A model generated the notes under the pieces. That model saw only the letters and a list, made by a program, of their open reading frames with translations, was not told where the DNA came from and ran no database searches. A stretch of DNA of 10,732 bases from Piromyces finnis finn. Taxonomy: Eukaryota > Fungi > Neocallimastigomycota. A program made the translations under genes and the position numbers. The stretch covers positions 1 through 10,732 of the forward strand of contig MCFH01000231.1 in the NCBI GenBank assembly GCA_002104945.1, read 5' to 3'. Positions within the stretch are counted from its first letter, which is position 1. Every line of letters begins with the position of its first letter. Below, piece by piece: positions 1-8,994 of the stretch.

Positions 1-545
1 ATATTATTTACTATATAATACATATTAAATATTATATAAATATATTTAAATATAAAATAAATATTATTTAAATATAAAGAATATTTTTATTTAATTTTTA
101 TAATATAATAGATAATTATCAATTTTAATATTGAATTACTATATAAAAAAATGAGTATTAATAATCTCACAAAGAACTTCTTAAAGTTGTTCTTTGTTCA
201 ACTTATTTATACTTTCATCTTTAATATTATATTATATATAAGTATAATAATAATATTAATTTAAGTTATACATGTATAATAATAAAATATAAATATAAAT
301 ATTAATAAATATAATAATAAATAATTATAATTTTCTTTAAATATCGATATTAATAAGTTGTTAAAAATAATATTAATAATTATTTAAATGAATCATATTT
401 TACTAATTGGTTTGTTTATATTTATATTAAATAAACTATTATTGTAAAATATTATTAAATTAATATTTTAATAATTTAATTAATAATTTCAAAATTATGA
501 AATTTCATGAAATGTCAAATTTCATGAATTGTGATTTTGACATTA

Positions 546-1020
546 AAATCAGATTTTATATGACTAATTATTTATAAATTTCATTCTTTATCGGAAATGA
601 CACAAGTTTAAATATACCTTAATTCTAAATAAAATTAGAAAGTGGTATATTCGTCGTGTAATTGAATGATTTATTTTTACTTGCTCACTTGCTCATTCTA
701 CAAGTTTATATTAATTAAAATATAATTTAAAGTTTAAAATATTTTTTTAAACATCGTTTATTATTTAAAATAAATAAATATATAATACATCTCGCTATGT
801 ATTATAAAGAAAATATATTAAATATTAATTTATTATTTTATTATTAAAATATTCTAATTTTCCTGGCTAATTAGTAACAGTTTTTAAAATAATGTTTCTA
901 TTTCAATTTATACTATTTAATTACATTTAGTTTGTTTATAACAAAAATTGTTTATATTTTACATTTTTAAAATTTAATTAATATTTATATTACTTATCTT
1001 AATGTTTGCTTTTTAATTTA
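546..1020 (+). repeat. Repeat family B, copy 1 (diverged), head-to-tail with copy 2, period ~497 bp
   Basis: Collinear matches to 1043-1581: aatcagattttatatgactaattatttataaatttcattctttatcggaaatgacac vs aagtcagagttatatgattgattatttataattttattctttattagaaatgatac; tagaaagtgg vs tagaaagtga; acttgctcattctacaag vs acttgttcattttcaag; taatacatctcgctatgtat vs taatacatctcgtatgtat; ttttaaaataatgtttctatt vs ttttaaaatgaatgtttctatt. Confidence 0.75.
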
Positions 1021-1042
1021 ATATTAGATTATAAAAATTTTT

Positions 1043-1581
1043 AAGTCAGAGTTATATGATTGATTATTTATAATTTTATTCTTTATTAGAAATGATACGG
1101 TAAGAATATTATCTAATTCTATAAATGAAATATAGAAAGTGATAATATCTGTATCTAAAAAAATATTTAAAATAAAAAAAATAAAGAAAATGAAAATAAA
1201 TTTTTTATACTTGTTCATTTTCAAGTTAGTTAGTTTTTAAAATAAATTTATTAATTATAAATTTTGATATTTAATAGCTTCGTATTATTAATATTATATA
1301 TATTTTATTATTAATACATCTCGTATGTATATGAACATAATTATAAATATTATTTTAATAAATTTAATATTATTATCTAATTTTAACGGATATTAGGAAC
1401 ATCTTTTAAAATGAATGTTTCTATTACTATTTATACAAAATTATTATTTTAAAGTATAACTATAAACAAATATAAACTATTTAATTTAAAAATAATAAAC
1501 AATTAAATAAACAAAAAGTTTACATTTATATTTTAATTTAATAATTTTATACTTTAATATTTTAATTTTTATCTTGTTTTA
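1043..1581 (+). repeat. Repeat family B, copy 2; direct repeat of 9563-10080, followed by a (TTA)n tail
   Basis: Long near-identical blocks shared with 9563-10080, e.g. tatagaaagtgataatatctgtatctaaaaaaa, ttattattaatacatctcgtatgtatatgaa, ctattactatttatacaaaattattattttaaagtataactataaacaaatataaactatttaatttaaaaa. Confidence 0.92.
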
Positions 1582-1582
1582 A

Positions 1583-1673
1583 TTATTATTATTATTATTT
1601 TTATTATTAAACTTTTTATTTTATTATTATTATATTATTTTATATTAAACTTTTTATTTATATTATTATATTA

Positions 1674-1717
<44 letters not shown>

Positions 1718-1766
1718 TATTATTATTATTATTATTATTTTATTATATTATTATTTATTATTATTT
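1583..1766. repeat. Degenerate (TTA)n/(TAA)n microsatellite
   Basis: About 180 bp of TTA units with interruptions, including two copies of ttaaactttttatt. Confidence 0.95.
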
Positions 1767-2373
1767 GTTAAGGATCTAAGATGAATTTAGGTAAGTTAGG
1801 TCAGAATGCCCTAACCCTACTTATTAATTTAATATAAATTATGTATTATTATAATACTTTTATTTATTAATAAATTTATTAATACATCTTATTAACCAAA
1901 TATTTTATTAATTCACTAAGTAGAGTTATCAAACTTAATGATTTCTCGAAAAGTTCAATTGTTGAATCAATTTCGAGTATTTATAATTTTTAAATCAATT
2001 AATAAATGATACTATTTAATAAGTTACATTAATTATAAAATACATGATTTCAATTTTAATATAATTACATATTCATAAATTAAAATATATTAAATTTATA
2101 TAATGATTTTAAGCTTATGACTTGCCTTTATTAATTGCTTAAACCATTTCAATCATTGAGGAGGAAGACTAACTATTCATTTATTTAAATTTCCTTCCAC
2201 ATCAAATGAACAAGAGATATTATTTAAACTTATAAATATAAAATTAATAATTATAATTAATAGAAATCTCTAAAAATATTGTTTAATAATGTTTTATAAA
2301 ATTATTACTCCTAATTAATTAAATGTATAAAACATTATTTAAATAAATTATCATGAATCCACTAATATTCATG

Positions 2374-2460
2374 ACATTGTAAAAGTTTTACTAAACTTAT
2401 AATTTAATATTAAAATATTAAATTAAATAAAAGGTTAAAAGATAACTAGGTTAGAAAAAA
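2374..2460 (+). repeat. Repeat C, inverted partner of 10314-10398
   Basis: acattgtaaaagttttactaaacttataatttaatattaaaatattaaattaaataaaaggttaaaagataactaggtt is the near-perfect reverse complement of aacctagttatctttaaccttttatttaatttaatattttaatattaaattataagtttagtaaaacttttacaatg. Confidence 0.9.
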
Positions 2461-2613
2461 AATTTTATTAAAATAATCTTAATTGATTTATAAATGAAAA
2501 TTAAATTATATTATGGTTAAAATAATTTCTTTATTTTATTTAATGATATAGTGCTAAAATATATAAAATAAGATTATTTAGTAGTGATATCATTAAGTAT
2601 TAATTATTATTAA

Positions 2614-2703
2614 TAGTTAATAATTTATAGTTAATAATCTTTAGTTAATAATTTATAGTTAATAATTTAATAATTTATGGTTAATAATTTTGGTTAAAAT
2701 CTT
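2614..2703. repeat. 14-bp minisatellite (tagttaataattta), ~6 degenerate units
   Basis: tagttaataattta / tagttaataatctt / tagttaataattta / tagttaataattta / ataattta / tggttaataatttt / ggttaaaatcttt. Confidence 0.85.
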
Positions 2704-3061
2704 TACAAAGATTTTAATTTCATAAATTATTCTAAACTATTTATACTATTTGTATTTTACATTTAATAATAAAATAACTTTTCAATACATGATTATATTC
2801 ATAATATATTTTATAATACTTAAACTAAACTTAAGACTTATTCCTAATTATTAAAAATAACTATTGTTATAATATTCATATATTAATTATTTCTTGATTA
2901 TAATATAATTCATTGAATATAATATTAATATTATATCCTCTAGTTCAAAGATTATAAATTATGTTATTGAAATATTATTATAAATAAAGTTAATAGTTCC
3001 GGAAATAATTTTAATTTAATTAAACAATAATTTTTATACTTTGAGTATGTTTATTTGATAT

Positions 3062-3290
3062 ATCAGGGGTGTCATTCTCTGAATAACAATTAATCATTGC
3101 TAACAATATCTTTAAATTGGAATATCTCGTGAACCAGCAGAGATATTGACCTGATTTTAAGATATGTTGTTTGTCTCGAGCGTGGCTTTCTAACGAACGT
3201 AATTATAACCAAAATATTTTTATTCAAAAATCGTCATTCGTTGAGGAGATACGCGTGTTTTTCCTTATTCCATTTTAACGATAAGGGTTA
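3062..3290. other. Unexplained GC/CpG-enriched island
   Basis: About 32% GC by manual count against much lower flanks; 10 CpGs between ~3128 and 3280; hairpin aatatctc-N11-gagatatt at 3121-3147; no recognisable ORF. Confidence 0.45.
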
Positions 3291-3651
3291 AAGTTATTTA
3301 TTATAAAAATATTAAGGTTAAGGTCATATTTTAACCTTTTCTAAATTTTTAAATATTTTTAATAAATATATTTATTTGAAATAAAATATTTGTTGATTTT
3401 GAATTTTTCATAAGTGATTTCACAATTCCAAGTGATCTTGAAATTGTAATTTTACTAGTATTCGTGACAACATTATTGTTATTTATTAATTGTATTTAAA
3501 TTAATTTTTATTTGAAATGATATAATTTGATAATAATCTTAATTTTGAATTTTACTTCAAAAGTGATTATTATATTATATCTTATTATAACTATATAAGT
3601 TATATGGATTAGAATTTGAAATTGTTTTTATAAAGATTAATAAAATTGTTT

Positions 3652-4035
3652 TATAAACACTAAATTGTTTTATTAGAAACACTCGTTTTTCTAATATTTA
3701 AATATTTAAAATTTTATTTAATTAATTTATAAAAGTGATTTAAAATTATAATATTTCTTTATTAATAATAATAATAATGATTAAAATAAGAATATTTACA
3801 TGTTTTATTTTCTTTTAATTTAAACTATTTACATTAAAACAATAAAATTAATAACTATTTACAATAAAAGTAATAAAGTAATTAGAAATAACAATAAAAG
3901 AAATAATTAAAAGTTAAAGAATATAAAAAGTTGTTTATTTTACAATTAATTAAAGTAATAATTATTTTTAATGTTTTAATAAAGGTGTTTAATTATATTT
4001 TATAACATGAATTATTATATTTGTTTACTTTTAAA
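3652..4035 (+). repeat. Long inverted repeat A, left arm (partner 8995-9413)
   Basis: Reverse complement aligns along its length with 8995-9413: cactaaattgttttattagaaacactcgtttttctaat vs ttagaaaaacgagtgtttctaataaaacaatttagtg; aaaggtgtttaattatattttataacatgaattattatatttgtttacttttaaa vs tttaaaagtaaacaaatataataattcatgttataaaataatataattaaacaccttt. Confidence 0.95.
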
Positions 4036-4036
4036 G

Positions 4037-4293
4037 TGTAATTTACTAACGAAGTTATTAAATATTTAATTTAACAATTAATTTAACAAAAGTTATATAT
4101 TTTGATCTCGATTAATTAAAGTTTATTATTTTCTTTCAATAATCAAAATATATGCAGTGTTTAGGATTAATTTTATTTAAGAATTTTGGTAAAGTACTTA
4201 ATTAAACTATAACTTGTTTTAAGTTACTTTTAGGGTTAACTTAAAAATCAGGTATAATAATAATTTTATATTTATTAATTTCATTATTTATCA
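4037..4293 (-). repeat. Putative 3' LTR, 257 bp, TG...CA; no partner copy in the window
   Basis: On the minus strand it starts TGATAAAT directly after the purine tract and ends AAATTACA, 1 bp from the inner end of inverted repeat A; it contains AATAAA. The left boundary is inferred because there is no second copy to compare. Confidence 0.55.
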
Positions 4294-4308
4294 GTTTCTC
4301 GGCCTTTT
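4294..4308 (-). promoter_or_regulatory. Polypurine tract (plus-strand primer), overlapping the pol stop codon
   Basis: Minus strand AAAAGGCCGAGAAAC (12/15 purines) immediately before TG and overlapping TAA at 4307-4309. Confidence 0.6.
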
Positions 4309-5400
4309 AAGAATTAACTTCGTCCCTTGAAGTTAAATTTTGTTCTGGTAGAACGTAAGGAAAAATATTTTTAATATGTACATTTCTATCAAGTAGTTTT
4401 CCTGTATGTGGATCTTCAAGTACAACAGTATTAAATTTTTGTTTATTAACAACTTTATAAGGACCATAAAAATAAGGATTTAATTTACTTCTTCCTATTA
4501 ATCTTATCATAACATAATCAGTTTATAAGTCTTCTTTAAAGCTTTGGATAAACCTATTCTATGTTCCCAATATTGATTAGCATGATTAGAATATTCAGTA
4601 GCTTGTTTTACCCAATTTTGATGCCTTAAAAATCTTCAAAAATATATCTTCTTCTGTTTCATTAGGATTTTAAAATATCGGAAACATTATTTCTAATGGC
4701 CATGTGTCTCTTCTACCATATAATAATTCGAAACTACTAAACTTGTTTTTGAATTTTTGGTAGTTCTAAGTGCCAATGCAGATGGTAATATTCATCCCAT
4801 TCGATTCATTTTCAATTAAGAGTCTTAAAGTTTTTCCTTTTCTTTGTTTCTATTCTCAATCATACCATTAGATTGTGGTGATGAGGAGAAACAAAATGAA
4901 CCCATGATCCATATAATCAATCATCATTTTAGTAATATCAGAAATAAATGAACTTCCATTATCAGTAACAATTATTTCTGGTGGACCATGTCTTGTTATT
5001 ACTTCTATTAAAAATTTTATTACTTCTTCTGATTTCATATTTGGAATTGCTTTAGCTTCAACCCATTTGTGAAATAATCAACAAGGGTAATAATATAAGA
5101 ATTTCCATGTTTAGTAAGTGGTAATGGCCAACTATATCTAATCCGACTCTAGTAAATGGTTGTTCAATTGGGGTTATATTATCTTCAGTTTTTAGGTAAA
5201 GGCTTAGGTCTACAAAGTTGACATTTTCTACAGGACTTTACCCACATTCTAACATCATTCCAAATACCAGGCCAATAATAAGATTTTAAAATTCTATTTG
5301 TGGTCTTTTCAGCACCTTCATGACCAACAGAATGAGCACGACTAATAATATCTTTTTATCTTCATCTTTATAATAACTTTAAGATATAATTCATCTTTTT
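4307..5400 (-). pseudogene. Integrase domain (HHCC zinc finger, DDE core, GPY/F module)
   Basis: RAHSVGHEG (5315-5340)...WPGIWNDV...CRKC (5221-5232); GLDIVG-P (~5125-5145); GPPEIIVTDNGSSF (~4950-4990); HPQSNGMIENRN (E at 4855-4857); KLNPYFYGPYKV (GPY 4457-4465); VHIKNIFPY; no chromodomain before the stop. Confidence 0.95.
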
Positions 5401-5534
5401 ATAATAAAGAGTATTATCAACAACTTGATAATTTTTAGTAAAATATTTTTTTATTCCTTCAGGTAGGTCTAAATCTCTTGGATTAAAATACAAAATTGCA
5501 TAAGCACAATTTACTATTTCATCAGATTTTTAGA

Positions 5535-5905
5535 AGGTAATCTTGAAAGGGCATCAGCAAAAACATTTTTCTTTCCTTTATCATATTTTAATTCAATTTT
5601 ATATTTATTAAATTCTTCAATCCATCTTGCATGTCTACCTTTTGATGGAATATTCTTTTTATAAATCCAGTAATGGTTTATGATCAGTAATTAATATGGT
5701 AGGATTTTTTATCTTATAATATATTGACGAAATTGTAGAATTGCATAATAAATAGCTAATCCTTCAAGGTCAGTAACAGAATAATTCTTTTCTGAAGTAG
5801 ATAAAGTACGACTAATACAACAAATTGGATGTTCCAATTTGCCCCCTCCACCTGTAAGAGTACAGCACCAATGCCATTAGTTGATGCATCAGTACGAATA
5901 ATAAA
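5535..5905 (-). pseudogene. Ribonuclease H domain
   Basis: FIIRTDASTNGIGAVL (TDAS 5882-5893), SRTLSTSEKNYSVTDLEGLAI, LITDHKPL, ARWIEEF, KGKKNVFADALSR; all four acidic residues are present. Confidence 0.95.
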
Positions 5906-6124
5906 TTCTTTATTAAAATCAGGATAACTTAAAATAGGATCACTTAATAGACATTGTGGATATCTTCAAAAGCATTATTACATTCTTGTGACCAAATATA
6001 TTCTTGGTCTTTCTTTAATAAATTAAAAAGAGAGCTTGCTCTAATAGAAAAATTTTGAATAAATTTGCGGTAATAACTAGCTAAACCTAGGAATGATCTT
6101 AGTTCATTAACATTTCTTGGAGCA

Positions 6125-6820
6125 TTCCATAAAGCAATACTTTGAACTTTAGAAGGAACAGTTTTTAATCCGTTAGGTGTAAGTACATGTCCTAGTACTT
6201 CTACCTTTTCTTGAAAGAATTTACATTTTTGTAAATTAAGAGAAAGATTATATTTAGATAATATTTCAAAAATTGTTGTAAATGATAAAGATGTTCTTCT
6301 GGTGATTTAGAATAAACAACAATATCATCAATATAAACAAAAAGACATTTACCAATTAATGGTAAGAGAATCCTATTCATTTCTCGCTGGAAAGTAGCGG
6401 GAGCATTAGTTAAACCAAATGGCATTACTTTAAAATTATAATTACCAAATTTGTTGTAAAAGCAGTTTTTTCAAATCATTTGGTTCATAGGAATTTGGTG
6501 TAGCCGAATATAAATCTAAAGCAGAAAATATTTTTGCACCATTAACAGAAATTAATTCATCAATAAAAGGAAGTGCATAAGAATCCTTAATAGTAATTTC
6601 ATTAAGTCTTCTATAATCAATACACATTCTCCATTTACCATTTTTCTTTTGTACAAGAAACTGGAAATGACCATGGAGAGTGAGAAGGAGTAATTAAACC
6701 TTTATCAAGTAATGAAAGAATTTCACTTTTTAAAATATCAGCATGTTCCTTAGATAATTTATAAGGTTTTAATTTTATTGGTTTATTAGTAGTAGTAATT
6801 ATAGAATGAGGTCTAATCCG
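6125..6820 (-). pseudogene. Reverse transcriptase domain
   Basis: PIKLKPYKL...SHSPWSFPV-LVQKKNGKWRMCIDYRRLN...DSYALPFIDEL...FSALDLYS-GYHQI...KTAF...MPFGLTNAPATFQREM...VYIDDIVVYS (YIDD 6324-6335)...KCKFFQEKVEVLGH; followed by the connection region FLGLASYYRKFI. Confidence 0.97.
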
Positions 6821-7084
6821 CAGTAGTTAATTGAGACATTGATGTAGCCATACAATTTTTATATTTATTTATAATATGTTCAAATTTTGATTTAATATTA
6901 TCAGGTGTTGAATTTAAAATTTCTTTTAAGTATCTTGAAATTCTTGGTTTTCTTCTTTTGAAATAATTATAGAATTCATTAAGGGAATATCATTATCATT
7001 ATCATTACTATTGATAATTTGTAATTTTCTTTAAACCTTTTTTGTTTTTTGTATATATATCATTCAGGGTCAATAAATAAACTA

Positions 7085-7411
7085 TATTTCTTTTGAATAC
7101 CTCTTCCAAAAATTATATCAAAGTATGGATTACTTTGTTCAATAATATAAAATTTTTCTAAAATAGTACAACAATTATTAATATTTATTTTTAAAGTAGT
7201 AAAAACATTTTATAGGAACAATAGTACCATTAGCAATAGTTATATTTTGCTCCTCATCACTTTTTTCAATATTTTTATTAGGTAATTTATTAAAACCATT
7301 TGTAGTTATGATAATGACATTTGCGCCAGTATCGTAAAGATTTTTTAAATATTTTCCATCTATATCACCAATTATTAATGGAATATTAGAGTTATTAAAG
7401 TAGTACATCAC
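7085..7411 (-). pseudogene. Retropepsin-like aspartic protease domain
   Basis: LYDTGANVIII (DTG 7325-7333), flap TIANG, and after a frameshift PYFDIIFGRG (the D-x-I-x-G-R motif). Confidence 0.9.
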
Positions 7412-7946
7412 TTTTTCAACTTTGGGTTTAAACCTTGTTTTAATTCTTTTCTAAGTGATGGACTAGCAGAAAGTAATTGGGAAAGACTTATTTTTGGATA
7501 TAAATTATTTGCTTCTTTAATTATACTAAATTTATCTTTGGTTTTTAACATTTGTATTTCTGTCATATTTCTTTTTGTGGTTACTTTGGGTTTGACAGAA
7601 TTTTTCTTTACTTTTACATCACTTGTTTCATTATTATTTTTAAAAGTTTCTTCATTGGTAGAATCATTAGAGTTATTAATTTCAATAGGTTGGATATGTT
7701 CTTTTGTATTAGTAACTTCTTCTAAAGGTATTTCATTTGTATTATTTTGTTCTTCTTCACTTTCTATTTCTATTTTTTCATCTTGATCTTCACTTTTATT
7801 ATTCGGTGAATTTTATTTTTTATCTAGTGTTTTAACATTTATTTTCTTCTTTTGAGCCGCATTAATAGAATAAATATTTTATTAGAGAATTAGAATTTAT
7901 TTGTATTTCTTGTGTATTTTGTGAACTGTTTGCTATTTTAGTTTTT

Positions 7947-7981
7947 ATGGGAGATTGCTTACTCCCATTATTTAGTTTAAA
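7947..7981 (-). promoter_or_regulatory. -1 programmed ribosomal frameshift signal between gag and pol
   Basis: T TTA AAC heptamer (7975-7981) in gag frame just before the gag TAA, 6-nt spacer, then a 7-bp stem ATGGGAG-TAAGCAAT-CTCCCAT (7947-7968); the -1 frame stays open for about 40 codons. Confidence 0.8.
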
Positions 7982-8928
7982 TGATTGTATTCGTCATCTA
8001 ATTCTGGACAATCATTCATTGTATGACCTATTCTTTTACAATTTAAACAAACATTAATTTTTAGGTCAGCAAGCTTTTGAGTTATTTCTTTTAGCTCATC
8101 CTCATTATTTTGTGGATATTTAATGTACTTCTTTGCTCAACATTTTGGTTAATATTATTAAATCTTGAATAATTATTATTATCATTATTGTAGTTGTTAT
8201 TTTGAATATTACTGTTATTATTATTTCTGTAATTACTAGTATAATTTCTGTTATTATAATTTTTATAACTATTTTGAGTGGTATTATTGTTATTCATTCG
8301 GTTGTAACTATTAAAATTATTTGAATATGTTCTATCATTATTTCTTTGAGCATTATTATCATTTGGAGACCTTTTAGAATTAATGGAGATCCTTATTTTA
8401 GGTCTATTTTTTTCAACTATATTATAAATTTTCTCTTTTTTAATAGTAATGTTTCTGGCTTCTTCTAAGCTTTTTGGTTCAGCTTCTAATAGTGCCTCAT
8501 AAGTCTTGGTAAAGTTTCTAAAAGCATTAATGTAGTATGATATAACAATTTCATTTGACTTTTTAGATTTGTTTTATTTATTAGAGAGTCATATTTAATA
8601 TTGAATTCAGATACTTTTTTTTCTTTATTGTAATAATAGATAATTCTAATAATCTAGAATTCTTTGGTATGGAACCTTTAAAATGATTTTTAAGGTTTTT
8701 GATGATGGTATCATAGTCATCTAGTGTTTCTTTGTTTAATGCATTAACTACAATTGTTCTAGCTGTACCCGTAGTTAATGATATATGGTATTCTAGCTTT
8801 TCTTGTTCTGGTACCTTATATAAATTACACCAATGTTTAAAAGAAAATTCCCAACCATCAAATTCAACCTTTGTTGAACCCAAAATAGGTATTCTATTAA
8901 AGGTGATACCTTTAGTAGTTTTATCTAT
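7972..8928 (-). pseudogene. gag: Gag (capsid-like region, Asn-rich linker, CCHC zinc knuckle), frameshifted; start codon not found
   Basis: ...RIPILGSTKVEFDGWEFSFKHWC... (ORF 8581-8883), YYINAFRNFTKTYEALLEAEPKSLEEA, N-rich tract (ORF 8091-8297), CLNCKRIGHTMNDC at 8008-8049, stop 7972-7974. ATA at 8926-8928 may replace ATG (inferred). Confidence 0.85.
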
Positions 8929-8994
8929 TATTATTTTATTTTTACTTTATAATATTTTATTTTATATTATTTATTAATTTTATTTTAAATTTTA

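Larger units (their letters stand above)
4307..7981 (-). pseudogene. pol: Pol polyprotein (spacer-protease-RT-RNase H-integrase), multiply frameshifted as sequenced
   Basis: Begins in the -1 frame at the slippery site (FKLNNGSKQSPIK...), conserved domains can be followed across frames, and it ends at TAA 4307-4309. ORFs 7178-7411, 6442-6627, 6201-6425 and 4307-4510 are fragments of it. Confidence 0.95.
4037..8928 (-). mobile_element. Ty3/gypsy (Metaviridae) LTR retrotransposon, no chromodomain; 5' LTR/PBS absent; frameshifted as sequenced
   Basis: Minus-strand gag (CX2CX4HX4C), then DTG protease, RT (YIDD), RNase H (TDAS...DALSR), HHCC + DDE integrase with GPY/F motif. The order PR-RT-RH-IN is diagnostic of Ty3/gypsy rather than Ty1/copia. 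Confidence 0.96.

Noticed and set aside
1024-1224. 66-aa minus-strand ORF (MKMNKYKKFIFIFF...)
   Set aside because: Low-complexity F/I/K/N product inside repeat B; the equivalent frame in copy 3 (from 9705) stops after 23 codons.
2614-2703. Possible CRISPR array
   Set aside because: The units are contiguous with no unique spacers, there are no cas genes, and the context is eukaryotic.
3064-3081. caggggtgtcattctctg resembles the RNase MRP 3' conserved region
   Set aside because: No upstream GAAAGUCCCC-type partner was seen, and it lies at the start rather than the end of the GC-rich island.
4296-4308. TTCTCGGCCTTTT matches the 5' end of metazoan-type U2 snRNA
   Set aside because: Only 13 nt; the following GGCTAAGATCAAGTGTAGTA is absent; the sequence is explained as the complement of the PPT.
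7538-7786. 82-aa plus-strand hydrophobic ORF
   Set aside because: Antisense shadow of the E/K/N-rich pol spacer, with no canonical start.
8905-8912. Minus-strand GGTATCA resembling a tRNA-Met PBS (TGGTATCAGAG)
   Set aside because: It lacks the leading TGG and the continuation, lies within the gag frame (KGIT), and has no adjacent LTR.
8732-8977. 81-aa plus-strand ORF
   Set aside because: Antisense shadow of gag running into AT-rich sequence.
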